From an uncultured Candidatus Saccharibacteria bacterium (GTDB lineage: Bacteria; Patescibacteriota; Saccharimonadia; Saccharimonadales; CAZICT01): 64,000 nucleotides of DNA. Position 1 is the stretch's first letter, and each line of letters opens with the position of its first letter. The notes beneath the pieces were generated by a model. The model did no database searches. It saw only the letters and a list, made by a program, of their open reading frames with translations, and had not been told where the DNA came from. The DNA lies in contig CAZICT010000004.1 in assembly GCA_964537935.1 (NCBI GenBank), positions 24,760 to 88,759 of the forward strand, written 5' to 3'. Shown piece after piece: positions 1-9,280 of the stretch. The position numbers and the translations under genes are program-made.

Positions 1-483
1 CTGCTTATACTGGTCGAGAGGTAAAGCAATACCTACCGACACTACTCGCCTGAAAGGCCGTTGCCTTAAATCCTCCACCGCATGTGCGAAACAGGGAAGC
101 ACAGAATAAGATGCCGGATAATCATCTATTTCAGAGCCGTAAACATTACCGTCTCTTGATACGGTAAATTGTACAAGCTCACCTCGCTTGGTTTTCTCCA
201 GAATTTGCTCCATGGCTGTTGCTTTTTGGGCGGCATCAGGATTAAATCCCGCCAAGAAACGATAGGCATTTTCTGTCTCTCCGTCTCGTTTGCCGCGAGT
301 GGTGAAGCCATGAACCTTCCCGAACTCCGGATTGCGCCTTACTATGTCATTTGCAATCGCCGTTTTACCAACCGCCAGAGGCCCAATCAGGCACCCAAGA
401 GTTATCTCTTGTTGTTGTTTACGGACTTCTTCGTTGGCTTGATAGCCAGGCTCTAGTTTCCGTAATTGTTCTACAGCGTCCAT
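1..483 (-). CDS. guanylate kinase-like P-loop NMP kinase (C-terminus cut by window edge)
   Basis: My own translation from the ATG at 483-481 gives MDAVEQLRKLEPGYQANEEVRKQQQEITLGCLIGPLAVGKTAIANDIV...HGFTTRGKRDGETENAYRF. It has a Walker A motif (GPLAVGKT) and a guanylate-kinase-type TTRxxRxGExxxxxYxF block. The frame has no stop down to position 1. It is absent from the supplied track because it runs off the edge. Confidence 0.6.
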   Translation of the reverse strand, partial: MDAVEQLRKLEPGYQANEEVRKQQQEITLGCLIGPLAVGKTAIANDIVRRNPEFGKVHGFTTRGKRDGETENAYRFLAGFNPDAAQKATAMEQILEKTKRGELVQFTVSRDGNVYGSEIDDYPASYSVLPCFAHAVEDLRQRPFRRVVSVGIALPLDQYKQ

Positions 484-623
484 TACTTAAGTTTATATAA
501 CAATTTTGAATAATTTACTAACTATAATTCTAAATTAAAGTTCGTAATGTGAAATAATTCCTATTTATTATGTGACGCTATGTCAGAAAATAAACATAAA
601 TCTTTTAAAGTGAGGAGAGTCTA

Positions 624-1193
624 GTGAAGCTGCCATTCAGATTACCAAATATACGCAATCGTCGGATAATAGTATTAGCTGCCATTTTGGTTCCGGTATT
701 TCTTATCGGATTAACAGTCAACTCGTTTAATGGAGGGTCTGAAGAATCGCCCGACGAAACGACTACCCAACAGGTGCAGGCCGAATCTGATTCAAGTAAA
801 GACGATGACAAGCCACAAAATCCAGATAAAACAGGCGGAAAAATCAGCGAAATAGCTGAAAATCCTCAAAACTTTTTCTCTGAAGAAGTAAGCATTGAGG
901 GTGACATTGCTCACTTCTTTAATAACAGAATATTTACACTGACCGATAAAACCACCGGTAAAAAAGTGTACATTATTACGCCAAGAGACCTGACTGAGGC
1001 TGAGCGTGACAGTACCCGTCCGCTGCTTGGAGCAGCAGCAGTCGCCAGCATCACGGGTACGGTGCGGGTGCTGCAGGCTTCCGATGTCGAAGAAATATTC
1101 AAGTTTGACTTTACCGACGAGTCAAAAGAAGCATTTGACGAGACGATTCCGACAGTCATTATCAAATCGCTTACTATCCGGCGTCCGGAATAA
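624..1193 (+). CDS. membrane-anchored protein of unknown function (tandem paralog 1)
   Basis: GTG start 6 nt after GAGGAG (612-617). N-terminal TM helix IIVLAAILVPVFLIGLTV, an acidic low-complexity linker, and a C-terminal domain of about 120 aa. It shares blocks with the next ORF (NNRIFTLTD/NRRVFTLSD, PRDLTEAE/PQDLTMEQ, TGTV). Confidence 0.7.
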   Translation: MKLPFRLPNIRNRRIIVLAAILVPVFLIGLTVNSFNGGSEESPDETTTQQVQAESDSSKDDDKPQNPDKTGGKISEIAENPQNFFSEEVSIEGDIAHFFNNRIFTLTDKTTGKKVYIITPRDLTEAERDSTRPLLGAAAVASITGTVRVLQASDVEEIFKFDFTDESKEAFDETIPTVIIKSLTIRRPE

Positions 1194-1310
1194 TCTCCAC
1201 CTCATTTAACGCCAAAGATTGTGAAATAAATCGAAGCATCTAATTCCAGTCCACCCCATAATAAAAGCACTTTTTGATGCCGTCTATGAACTAAGTGAAA
1301 GGTTTTTGTC

Positions 1311-1871
1311 ATGAAGAAGCTGATTATATGGGTTGTAGTAGCGGTTGCGATCGCAATAGGGGTGGCAGTGGCTATTAATATTATGGACGAAAATAATGAA
1401 GTAGAGGTAAATGAGCCGACCACCAGCGATATCATGCCCGAGGAAACAGAAGATGAGGGCGATTTATTGAGCCGGATTGTCAACACTCCGGAGGATTACT
1501 ACGGGCAAGAGGTGACAGTGGCAGGTGAAATCCAAGACGTCTATAACCGACGAGTCTTTACTCTCTCGGATCAAATGATTGGTGATGAGCTTTACGTAGT
1601 GTTGCCGCAAGACTTAACCATGGAGCAGCTTGATGAAGCCGAAGAGCTTTTGGAAGACAATGCTGATGTGGAGGCGACAGGCACGGTGCAAAGCATGCGG
1701 ATTATTGATATCGAACAGGAATTCGGCCTAGAAGTACCCGAAGAAGTTGAAATTGAATTCGGTGAAGCACGTCCGGTGGTAATAGCCGATCGGTTTACCT
1801 TTAGCGATCAAAATCTGATTTTTGACTTTACCCAAGGCCCGGAAAGTAATGAAGAGGCGCCAGATAGTTAA
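1311..1871 (+). CDS. membrane-anchored protein of unknown function (tandem paralog 2)
   Basis: Same architecture as 624-1193: TM helix LIIWVVVAVAIAIGVAVAI, an acidic linker, and a conserved C-terminal domain. Confidence 0.7.
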   Translation: MKKLIIWVVVAVAIAIGVAVAINIMDENNEVEVNEPTTSDIMPEETEDEGDLLSRIVNTPEDYYGQEVTVAGEIQDVYNRRVFTLSDQMIGDELYVVLPQDLTMEQLDEAEELLEDNADVEATGTVQSMRIIDIEQEFGLEVPEEVEIEFGEARPVVIADRFTFSDQNLIFDFTQGPESNEEAPDS

Positions 1872-1889
1872 CTTAAAGGAGGTAAATAT

Positions 1890-2255
1890 ATGAAGTATCG
1901 TGAACTGGTAAAACGCGTGCAGCACTATTCCGGATTCTCAGATCAGGAATCGGAGACGGCGCTCCGGTTATTTATCAGAAAACTTGCCACAAGATTGACT
2001 ATGGGAGAGCGGAAAGATTTTGCCAGTCAATTACCGAGCGATTTGCAGGACGAGGCAATGGTAACCGAGGAGCAGCAGAACTGGTCATTCGAAGATTTTA
2101 TAGAGGAAATCTGCAGGGAGGAGCAAATAGAGGAGCCCAGAGCCAAGAAGCAAATTATGGCAGCCTGGAAAGCCTTAAAGGATGCCTTAACACCGGGAGA
2201 GATAAGCAACATCAAAGCGCAATTGCCAAAAGATATGGAAGCAGCGCTTCATTAA
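1890..2255 (+). CDS. DUF2267-like protein
   Basis: AAGGAGG RBS upstream. The N-terminal pattern YRELVKRVQHYSGFSDQESETALRLFIRKLATRLTMGERKDFASQLPSDLQ matches the DUF2267 family pattern as I remember it. Confidence 0.55.
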   Translation: MKYRELVKRVQHYSGFSDQESETALRLFIRKLATRLTMGERKDFASQLPSDLQDEAMVTEEQQNWSFEDFIEEICREEQIEEPRAKKQIMAAWKALKDALTPGEISNIKAQLPKDMEAALH

Positions 2256-2267
2256 GAGGAGAAGTTT

Positions 2268-2423
2268 ATGGCAAAGTATGGCAAGAAAGCTCAGGAAGAA
2301 GTCGAAAAGACTATGCATGAACATAAGCACGAAGGCAAGTACAAGAACCGCAAGCAAGCAGTGGCTGTCGGTCTGAGTAAGGCTCGCCGAAAGGGCGGTA
2401 AAGTGCCAGGTTCTGACGAATAG
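2268..2423 (+). CDS. small basic protein (DUF6496-like)
   Basis: 51-aa ORF below the track cutoff: MAKYGKKAQEEVEKTMHEHKHEGKYKNRKQAVAVGLSKARRKGGKVPGSDE. AAGAGGAG RBS lies just upstream. The HExKxG...RKQAxAxxLSxARxxG pattern is typical of this small-protein family. Confidence 0.55.
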   Translation: MAKYGKKAQEEVEKTMHEHKHEGKYKNRKQAVAVGLSKARRKGGKVPGSDE

Positions 2424-2500
2424 CGGTCGACAGCGGTAAAAACAAAGAATAAAGCGTTGTACTGTAAGCAAGCAGTGGTTATGATAGTCATAAGCAAATT

Positions 2501-3769
2501 ATGAAACTGTCAAAGTCGCTGTACGCTATAAATCCACTGCTACTGAAGGATGTGCTGTTTAAAAAAGATGAGCGCGCCCAGGTATTCTTAGCTTTGTCTC
2601 CTGGGGAGCGGGTTGATGTATTCCGGTCGGTTACCAAAAATGTCAAACAAGACCTGGCCACCAAACTGCCCGACAAAGAACTCGCCGAATTATTACAGGC
2701 GATTGATCCCGATGAGGCCACTGATGTGCTGCAGCTGCTCGGTAAACGTAAGCGTGAGCATGTACTGGAGCACCTTAGCCAGGAGCTCAAAGATTCACTT
2801 TCTACGCTACTGGAGTTTGATGCTGAGACTGCCGCCGGTCTAATGACTCTTGACTATGTGCAGTTGGATGTCAATGATACTTTTGCTGAAGTAGCTGACA
2901 AGTTTATGAATCACGAAAAAAAGACCGGACGGCCACCAATCATATTGGCCTTAAAAGACGGCAAGCTGGCAGGCTCGCTGCCAAGTTATCAGCTGGGCTT
3001 TGTAGATAGAAAAGAAACTATAAGTCGATATGTAAAACGAACCCCGTCAATCTCATATGCCGCTACCCATGATGAGGTTTTTCGCCAGTTCCAGCAGCAT
3101 CCGCACAATAAGGTGGTGGTGCTTAATGACGCCGGTCATGTGATGGGAATCATATACTCGGACGATGTTCTAAAAATAATCCAAGACCAGGAAGCATCAT
3201 CGCTGTATGACTTTGCCGGGATTAGTCCGGAAGAAAACGTAACTGATTCTGCTAAACGTAAGGTACAACATCGATATCAATGGCTGATTATCAACCTTGG
3301 TGCATCATTTTTAGCTGCTTTTGTCGTTGGCTTGTTTGAGGATACTCTTAATCAATTTGTACTCCTGGCCATCTACATGCCGATAGTGGCCGGCATGGGA
3401 GGAAATGCCGCGACTCAGACCTTAGCGGTACTCGTACGCGGCATAGCGCTGAAGCAGATTGAACTTAAAACAGCCGTAAAGACACTCAAAAATGAACTTG
3501 GTGCCGGTCTTGTTAACGGAATAATTAACGGGATACTTGTCGGTGCTATAGTTTATGGTTTAAACCGCGATGCACGGATTGCTCTGGTGCTTGCTTTGGC
3601 TATGGTTATCAATCTGCTGGTCGCGGCATTATTCGGAACTTTGGTACCGCTAATTATGTCGAAACTCGGCAAAGATCCGGCCGCTTCAGCGACTATCTTC
3701 ATTACCACCGCTACCGATGTCTTTGGGTTCATGGTATTCCTGGGGCTCGGTACTTTGATACTGACTTAA
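2501..3769 (+). CDS. mgtE: magnesium transporter MgtE
   Basis: 422 aa. N-terminal MgtE domain, a CBS pair region, and a C-terminal TM domain with PIVAGMGGNAATQTLAVLVRG and TDVFGFMVFLG motifs. Confidence 0.9.
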   Translation: MKLSKSLYAINPLLLKDVLFKKDERAQVFLALSPGERVDVFRSVTKNVKQDLATKLPDKELAELLQAIDPDEATDVLQLLGKRKREHVLEHLSQELKDSLSTLLEFDAETAAGLMTLDYVQLDVNDTFAEVADKFMNHEKKTGRPPIILALKDGKLAGSLPSYQLGFVDRKETISRYVKRTPSISYAATHDEVFRQFQQHPHNKVVVLNDAGHVMGIIYSDDVLKIIQDQEASSLYDFAGISPEENVTDSAKRKVQHRYQWLIINLGASFLAAFVVGLFEDTLNQFVLLAIYMPIVAGMGGNAATQTLAVLVRGIALKQIELKTAVKTLKNELGAGLVNGIINGILVGAIVYGLNRDARIALVLALAMVINLLVAALFGTLVPLIMSKLGKDPAASATIFITTATDVFGFMVFLGLGTLILT

Positions 3770-4735
3770 GGGTTGTTGAACAGGTACGGCTTCGTGTTTG
3801 GCGTGTATTCTCTTTACTGCAAACCAGCCCGCTATAGAAAGCAGCAATGCTAACGCGAACGCGCCAATGATCCATAGGCCGTAAGCCGGATCGCTGTCAT
3901 CATCCGAATCTTCAGATACGGCTGCAGCATCTGCATCTTCGGCTAGTGGGTCGGGTCTGTCGACGTCGATGGTTTTAGCGGAATCGGGATTGTTTTTTAT
4001 GCTGGCGGTGATATTTAGATCGCCGGCTGGAAGGGTTTCGGTAGTGAACACTAGCTTGCGAACAGATTCCGGCAATATCCGTGTTTGTTCGTCTTCGGCC
4101 TCTGCTTCCAGGACATTTCCTTTACTATCAGTAACTTTTAATTCGACAGGTAGATCATTCTCATAGATACCTTGGCCGGTATTTTCTACTGTCACTTCAA
4201 TCTGTCCCTTTGGGTTACCGAAATTCGCTTTTTCATCAAACGTGACATCAAGTACGTTTAGCTGCGGTTCCGGCTGACCGACGGTCATAAACACCAGGCT
4301 GGAGGTTGTGGTTGTCGGTGATGTAGAGTCATCAGAAAACAGTACGGCGCCAAAATAGGTCCGATCTTCTGCAGAATAAGGGACCTGGAACTTGGCTTCA
4401 TAGGTTATTTGTTGTCTGGCAGGAACGGTAATCGTATTTTGAGCATTGGCACCGATAAACCAATTAGAGATTCCGTATTTTTGGTTGGCTTCAGTAGTTA
4501 TTTCCGGCTCGCCATTTCCTTTAGGTGACGGATTAAAGTCTACCGCTCGAATCCTCAGAACCTTGGGTGAATTATCCTGGTTTTCGAGTGTCAGTAAATG
4601 AGAAACGGTTTCGCCTCTTTTAATATCCTTGCGGCTCACAAGCAACGGTGAGACTTTAGCTATCGCGTCAACCGGTGACGCTAACAGTGTTAGAAATAAC
4701 GGTAGGATAGCTGCTATTAAGCCAAATTTTTTCAT
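3686..4735 (-). CDS. signal-peptide, C-terminally TM-anchored Ig-like surface protein (DUF916/DUF3324-like, orphan copy)
   Basis: Signal peptide MKKFGLIAAILPLFLTLLASPVDA, two beta-rich halves, an acidic linker, the TM helix LWIIGAFALALLLSIAGWFAV and a cytoplasmic tail. It has the same architecture and shared blocks (LxLTLEN, (N/D)GEP, Y(F/Y)GA(V/I)xF) as 27659-28651. Its 3' end overlaps mgtE by 84 nt. Confidence 0.6.
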   Translation of the reverse strand: MKKFGLIAAILPLFLTLLASPVDAIAKVSPLLVSRKDIKRGETVSHLLTLENQDNSPKVLRIRAVDFNPSPKGNGEPEITTEANQKYGISNWFIGANAQNTITVPARQQITYEAKFQVPYSAEDRTYFGAVLFSDDSTSPTTTTSSLVFMTVGQPEPQLNVLDVTFDEKANFGNPKGQIEVTVENTGQGIYENDLPVELKVTDSKGNVLEAEAEDEQTRILPESVRKLVFTTETLPAGDLNITASIKNNPDSAKTIDVDRPDPLAEDADAAAVSEDSDDDSDPAYGLWIIGAFALALLLSIAGWFAVKRIHAKHEAVPVQQPLSQYQSTEPQEYHEPKDIGSGGNEDSR

Positions 4736-4803
4736 TTATCTTAAAAATTGTAACATTACTTAAGCAAAAGCTGCATACCGCCCGAGATGTTTTTAAGCCC
4801 CCG

Positions 4804-4812
4804 TGTTATAAT
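4804..4812 (+). promoter_or_regulatory. extended -10 promoter element (TGtTATAAT) upstream of typA
   Basis: A perfect TATAAT preceded by TGn lies 58 nt upstream of the typA ATG in an otherwise AT-rich gap. Confidence 0.4.
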
Positions 4813-4869
4813 TACCGTTCAGCAACAGGGAAGTGAGAGCAGCGCTCGAGACGACCGGGCGCATTTTTT

Positions 4870-6708
4870 ATGAACAACACTTATCAAGACCCCACCAAAA
4901 TACGCAATATTGCAATCATCGCGCACGTTGACCATGGAAAAACTACTCTGGTTGACGGGCTGCTTAAACAATCCAAGACATTTCGGGAAAATCAAGCTGA
5001 AATGAGTCAAGAATTAATCATGGATAGCGGCGACCAAGAGCGTGAACGGGGAATTACGATTACTGCAAAAATAACTGCAGTTCAACATGACGACTATCGG
5101 ATTAATATTATAGATACACCGGGGCATGCGGATTTTTCAGGAGAGGTTGAGCGAACGCTGAATATGGCCGATGGCTGTTTGTTGATTGTTGATGCTCAGG
5201 AAGGGCCGATGCCGCAAACTAAGTTTGTACTTACAAAAGCGCTTGCCGCCAACCTGAAACCGATTGTAATCATTAACAAAATTGATAAGCCTGGCGCTCG
5301 CATTGCTGAAGTTGAAAATGAACTGGCTGACTTATTTCTGGAGTTGGCCATACATGAAGATCAGCTTCACTACCCTGTCTATTACGCTGTCGGCCGAGCC
5401 GGCAAAGCGTGGCCAAAGCCACCATCGGATTACGAAGCGCCGGCTGATTTGTCAGTAGTTTTCGAGGCCATCATTTCTCATATTCCAGCACCCGAAGTTG
5501 CGCTTGATATGCCGCTGCAAATGCTTGTTACTGCCCTGGCATGGGATTCGTACAAAGGTAAATACACCATAGGGCGGATAAACCGCGGTCGTATAAAAGC
5601 CGGCGATCAGGTTTCACTTTGCAAAAAAGACGGCACGTTTTCTGTTGCTAAGGTCGACAAAGTATTTATGAGCCGCGGAATCAGTAAGTTTGAAGTAAGC
5701 GAAGGGGTCGCCGGTGATATTGTTCAGCTTACCGGAGTAACCGAAGCCCAAATCGGAGAAACGATTGCCGATGCCGCAAAACCGGAGGCTTTACCGGTTC
5801 TTGAGGTAGAAGCGCCAACACTAAGAATTTACCTTGGTCCAAACACCTCTCCATTCAAGGGTACCGAAGCTGAGTTTTCGACCAGCCGGCAAATCGGTGA
5901 ACGCTTAAACAAAGAAACAGAAACCAATGTTGGTTTGCGTGTCGAGGAAGAAGGTATCGGCTTTTTGGTTTCGGGTCGCGGTGAACTACACCTTAGCGTT
6001 CTGATAGAAACTATGCGCCGCGAAGGCTATGAATTTGAAGTCGGTCGTCCTCAGGTAGTGACACGCGTAAACAACGGCGTAACGGAAGAACCTGTAGAAG
6101 AACTTATAATTGAGGTTTCCGAAGATCATGTCGGAACAGTGCAACAAGAATTAGGAGCCCGTCGGGCAACGCTTAAGGAACATTTTTCCAGTCCAAAGGG
6201 CGTAACTAAGTTGGTGTATGAGTTGCCAACCCGTAGTTTACTGGGGCTTCGTAATATTTTAATGACAAACACCAAGGGAACAGTGGTTATGAACAGTCTG
6301 ATGATAGGCTACCAACCGCTCGGCGCGCCGTTACAGCAGCTTCGAAACGGTGTGCTAATCGCCTATGAAACCGGTGTTACGACGCCTTACGCTCTTCAAA
6401 TGGCAGAGGGCCGCGGAATCGTTTTTGTAGGACCCGCCGAAAAAGTTTATGCCGGACAAATCGTTGGCCTGAACAGCCGTCAGGAAGATCTTGAAATGAA
6501 TGTTTGTAAAGCCAAGCATCTAACCAATATGCGCAGCACTTCGTCGGACGGTGTGGTTCAACTTACGCCGCCAACAATTTTTAGCCTGGAGCAATGTCTT
6601 GACTTTATTGAGAACGATGAACTGCTGGAAGTTACCCCAAAGCATCTGCGGCTCCGTAAGCGTGAACTTGATCCCAATAAGCGTAAACGCGCGCAAAAGA
6701 ACTCATAG
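4870..6708 (+). CDS. typA: translational GTPase TypA/BipA
   Basis: 612 aa. G motifs [17 protein letters not shown] and NKID, and full-length collinearity with the TypA/BipA architecture. Confidence 0.95.
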   Translation: MNNTYQDPTKIRNIAIIAHVDHGKTTLVDGLLKQSKTFRENQAEMSQELIMDSGDQERERGITITAKITAVQHDDYRINIIDTPGHADFSGEVERTLNMADGCLLIVDAQEGPMPQTKFVLTKALAANLKPIVIINKIDKPGARIAEVENELADLFLELAIHEDQLHYPVYYAVGRAGKAWPKPPSDYEAPADLSVVFEAIISHIPAPEVALDMPLQMLVTALAWDSYKGKYTIGRINRGRIKAGDQVSLCKKDGTFSVAKVDKVFMSRGISKFEVSEGVAGDIVQLTGVTEAQIGETIADAAKPEALPVLEVEAPTLRIYLGPNTSPFKGTEAEFSTSRQIGERLNKETETNVGLRVEEEGIGFLVSGRGELHLSVLIETMRREGYEFEVGRPQVVTRVNNGVTEEPVEELIIEVSEDHVGTVQQELGARRATLKEHFSSPKGVTKLVYELPTRSLLGLRNILMTNTKGTVVMNSLMIGYQPLGAPLQQLRNGVLIAYETGVTTPYALQMAEGRGIVFVGPAEKVYAGQIVGLNSRQEDLEMNVCKAKHLTNMRSTSSDGVVQLTPPTIFSLEQCLDFIENDELLEVTPKHLRLRKRELDPNKRKRAQKNS

Positions 6709-6731
6709 TCATAAGCTAAACCGGAAACTGC

Positions 6732-8048
6732 TTGACCGCCAAGGAAGCGCTGCCGTACGCTGTACACATGGCGCAAAACAATAGACATTTATCATGGCTC
6801 AATGTATTTCGGCGTCCTTCGGACTTAACGGCTAAGAATGTAGCTCCGGCGCGGGAATACATCAAACACTACTGGACAAAACTAGAGCGCTATAACCCCA
6901 AGGATGACGACAGTTTAATCGGCTTGCCGCATAAGTATTTGGTGCCCGCATTCGAAGAAGGACACGAATTTGATTTCAACGAGATGTATTACTGGGATAG
7001 TTATTTCATGGTCCAGGGCATGCTTGATGAAGACCATAAAGACCTGGTTATGGGAATTATCGAAAACCTGTTAGAACTTTTCCGCCGCTATAAGATTATT
7101 CCGAATGCCTCGAGAACTTATTTGATGGGACGGTCACAGCCGCCTTTTCTTACCTCGTTTATCTGGGACGTCTATGAAGCATACGACCTTGATGATGCCT
7201 GGCTTAAGCGAGCTATCGAAACAGCCGAGGCCGAATACAACACTGTCTGGATGGGTAAAGCGAAGCCCAATGCCCGTCAAGTATACGAAGGTCTGTCGCG
7301 TTATTACGACATCAATTATCTCCATGATTTAGCCGAGGCCGAAAGCGGATGGGATATGACACCGCGCTTTGGCCGTAAGGCGCTGCACTTCTTGCCGGCT
7401 GACCTCAATGCATTGCTTTATAAGTACGAGATGGATTTTGCACGCTACTATCGCCATATAAAAGACGCCCGAACGGCCGCAAGTTGGGAGGTTGCCGCCG
7501 AGCACCGCAAGAATACCATGAATAAATTAATGTGGAGCAACATGCGGGGCTACTACTATGACTATAATTTCGAAAAGAAAAAGCGCGGTACGGTCAGTTC
7601 GCTGGCGGGATTTTATGCATTATGGGCGGGAATGGTTGACGAAAAGCAGGCCAAGCAAATGTCCAAATCAATCCGACGATTTGAACAGCGCGGCGGTCTG
7701 GTTACGACAGACGGTCAATCTCTAAACCAAGTTGTACCGGGTGTGTTAGCGCCAGGCGCTATACCCACCCAATGGGCGCATCCTAACGGTTGGGCGCCAC
7801 TCCATTTTTTGGTTGTCAAAGGATTGCAGCGCTATGGTTATCACGAAGATGCTCGACGCATAGCCATGAAATGGCTTCGTACAAACCTGACTTGGTTCAA
7901 TCAATATGGCGTGTTTCTGGAAAAGTATAATGTGGTCTCTCCCGGTAAACCGCCGGCCAAGGGCCTGTATCCGTCACAGACCGGTTTTGGCTGGACGAAT
8001 GCGGTATTTGAGCGTTTTTGCCAAGAGTTTATCACCGATGTAATTTGA
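6732..8048 (+). CDS. alpha,alpha-trehalase (GH37), apparently cytoplasmic
   Basis: GH37 signature-like blocks FNEMYYWDSYF (cf. PGGRFxExYxWDxY) and QWAHPNGWAPLH (cf. QWDxPxGWAPxQ). No signal peptide. The start is uncertain: TTG at 6732 (track) or ATG at 6768. Confidence 0.8.
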   Translation: MTAKEALPYAVHMAQNNRHLSWLNVFRRPSDLTAKNVAPAREYIKHYWTKLERYNPKDDDSLIGLPHKYLVPAFEEGHEFDFNEMYYWDSYFMVQGMLDEDHKDLVMGIIENLLELFRRYKIIPNASRTYLMGRSQPPFLTSFIWDVYEAYDLDDAWLKRAIETAEAEYNTVWMGKAKPNARQVYEGLSRYYDINYLHDLAEAESGWDMTPRFGRKALHFLPADLNALLYKYEMDFARYYRHIKDARTAASWEVAAEHRKNTMNKLMWSNMRGYYYDYNFEKKKRGTVSSLAGFYALWAGMVDEKQAKQMSKSIRRFEQRGGLVTTDGQSLNQVVPGVLAPGAIPTQWAHPNGWAPLHFLVVKGLQRYGYHEDARRIAMKWLRTNLTWFNQYGVFLEKYNVVSPGKPPAKGLYPSQTGFGWTNAVFERFCQEFITDVI

Positions 8049-8079
8049 TAATTATATTAAAAAATTATTAAATACATAT

Positions 8080-8940
8080 ATGAGTGAAGCGCAGAGCTAT
8101 CGATCCTCTGAGCACGACCCTTCGGTTGTGCAGCGTTTGCAATTGGTTTCAGCTGATAAAGATGACGAGGGGTGGCAATTCGAATCAAGTCTTGTATTAC
8201 CTTACGGAGAGCCATGGCAAGCCGAGCCTGATGAAAATATTACGCGAACCGTAGAATTTTATAACGGTAATCTTTACTATGATTCTACTAGATACTGGTT
8301 CAAAACCAAAGTTGCCTCACAGCTTATAAATGCGTTGATGCGTTCCCCGAGCGAAGGCCTGACGGGCTCTCAATTACACAAGCAATTCGGTATTATGTCC
8401 GGTGAAGGTCAGCTCTATGTTGCTTCTTATTATCATCAAGCCCGCCAAAGTACAAATCATATTGAGTTTGAGGGGGTACCACTTTTAATGGGCGAAAAGA
8501 AGAGGGCATGGAGGGTCTGGCTCAATACACTTGTTAAGATCGTACCCGTACCGGAAGAGCCGGCTTACGATAAGACCGTTGATGCCGTTGCCCCTAAAAG
8601 TGATACATCAAGAAGGTCGAGAACGGCGAAACAGAGTATGGCAAAGCCGTTATCACAGCATAATGTCGATAAAGATAAAGGATTTATGTCTACTTGCACT
8701 GCTGCTAACGAGGAGTTGGATTATGAAGATCAGGTTATAAGTTACATAAACGGTGGCCCGATGCCGGTATTTAGTGACGGCGAAAGACCTCCAGGTCTTA
8801 AAAAGTATGTAGATATCATCGTTAGTGTTGCCAAGGAAGAAGGGCTTGATAAGCCCGGAGTTATCGAAAGAACAGAAAAAATTCTAGTCTACCTAAAAGG
8901 CCTAAAGCGCCCGACGCACAAAAAAGTTTATCAACTTTAA
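8080..8940 (+). CDS. hypothetical protein
   Basis: 286-aa ORF in a coding-dense context. I recognised no motif. Confidence 0.5.
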   Translation: MSEAQSYRSSEHDPSVVQRLQLVSADKDDEGWQFESSLVLPYGEPWQAEPDENITRTVEFYNGNLYYDSTRYWFKTKVASQLINALMRSPSEGLTGSQLHKQFGIMSGEGQLYVASYYHQARQSTNHIEFEGVPLLMGEKKRAWRVWLNTLVKIVPVPEEPAYDKTVDAVAPKSDTSRRSRTAKQSMAKPLSQHNVDKDKGFMSTCTAANEELDYEDQVISYINGGPMPVFSDGERPPGLKKYVDIIVSVAKEEGLDKPGVIERTEKILVYLKGLKRPTHKKVYQL

Positions 8941-8953
8941 TTAAGGTTTATTT

Positions 8954-9130
8954 GTGGAAAATAAAAACGAAAAACCTTGCCATGAAAAAATAGAGTTTGA
9001 CAGTAAGGAACAAGCCGATGCTGCTGCGCTGGCTGCTAGTTGGCAGCACGGTGCCGATTTAAAATCTTATAAATGCAAACACTGCGGTTTATGGCATTTG
9101 GCATCGAATTTTCTTGATGCCGAAGACTAG
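8954..9130 (+). CDS. small putative zinc-binding protein
   Basis: 58-aa ORF with a GTG start, below the track cutoff: (M)ENKNEKPCHEKIEFDSKEQADAAALAASWQHGADLKSYKCKHCGLWHLASNFLDAED. It has a C-H...CxxC..H arrangement. There is no ATG and no strong RBS, so confidence is low. Confidence 0.35.
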   Translation: MENKNEKPCHEKIEFDSKEQADAAALAASWQHGADLKSYKCKHCGLWHLASNFLDAED

Positions 9131-9142
9131 TACTCACTCTAG

Positions 9143-9171
9143 CTGACTTACCAGAGTAAAATTGATATAAT
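9143..9171 (+). promoter_or_regulatory. candidate sigma70-type promoter upstream of metG (CTGACT-17-TATAAT)
   Basis: TATAAT at 9166-9171 with a -35-like CTGACT 17 nt upstream, about 110 nt before the metG start. Confidence 0.35.
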
Positions 9172-9280
9172 ATTATTCATGAAAGCTCACTTCTACCGGT
9201 TCAGTATGCGAATGATGCCCGTGCGGGCGTAGCTTTTATAATTACTAGCTTTTCAGAAATATCAGTAAAGAGGTAGAACA

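Noticed and set aside
2187-2790. Minus-strand ORFs (94, 68 and 100 aa) spanning the DUF2267/small-protein/mgtE 5' region
   Set aside because: They overlap better-supported plus-strand genes that have RBSs. Their Cys/Ser/Leu-rich sequences lack motifs.
9131-9280. T-box or SAM riboswitch upstream of metG (and likewise upstream of alaS, 32874-32915)
   Set aside because: The leaders are too short (about 110 nt and about 40 nt). They lack the T-box 14-mer (AGGGTGGNACCGCG-like) and any specifier-loop architecture.
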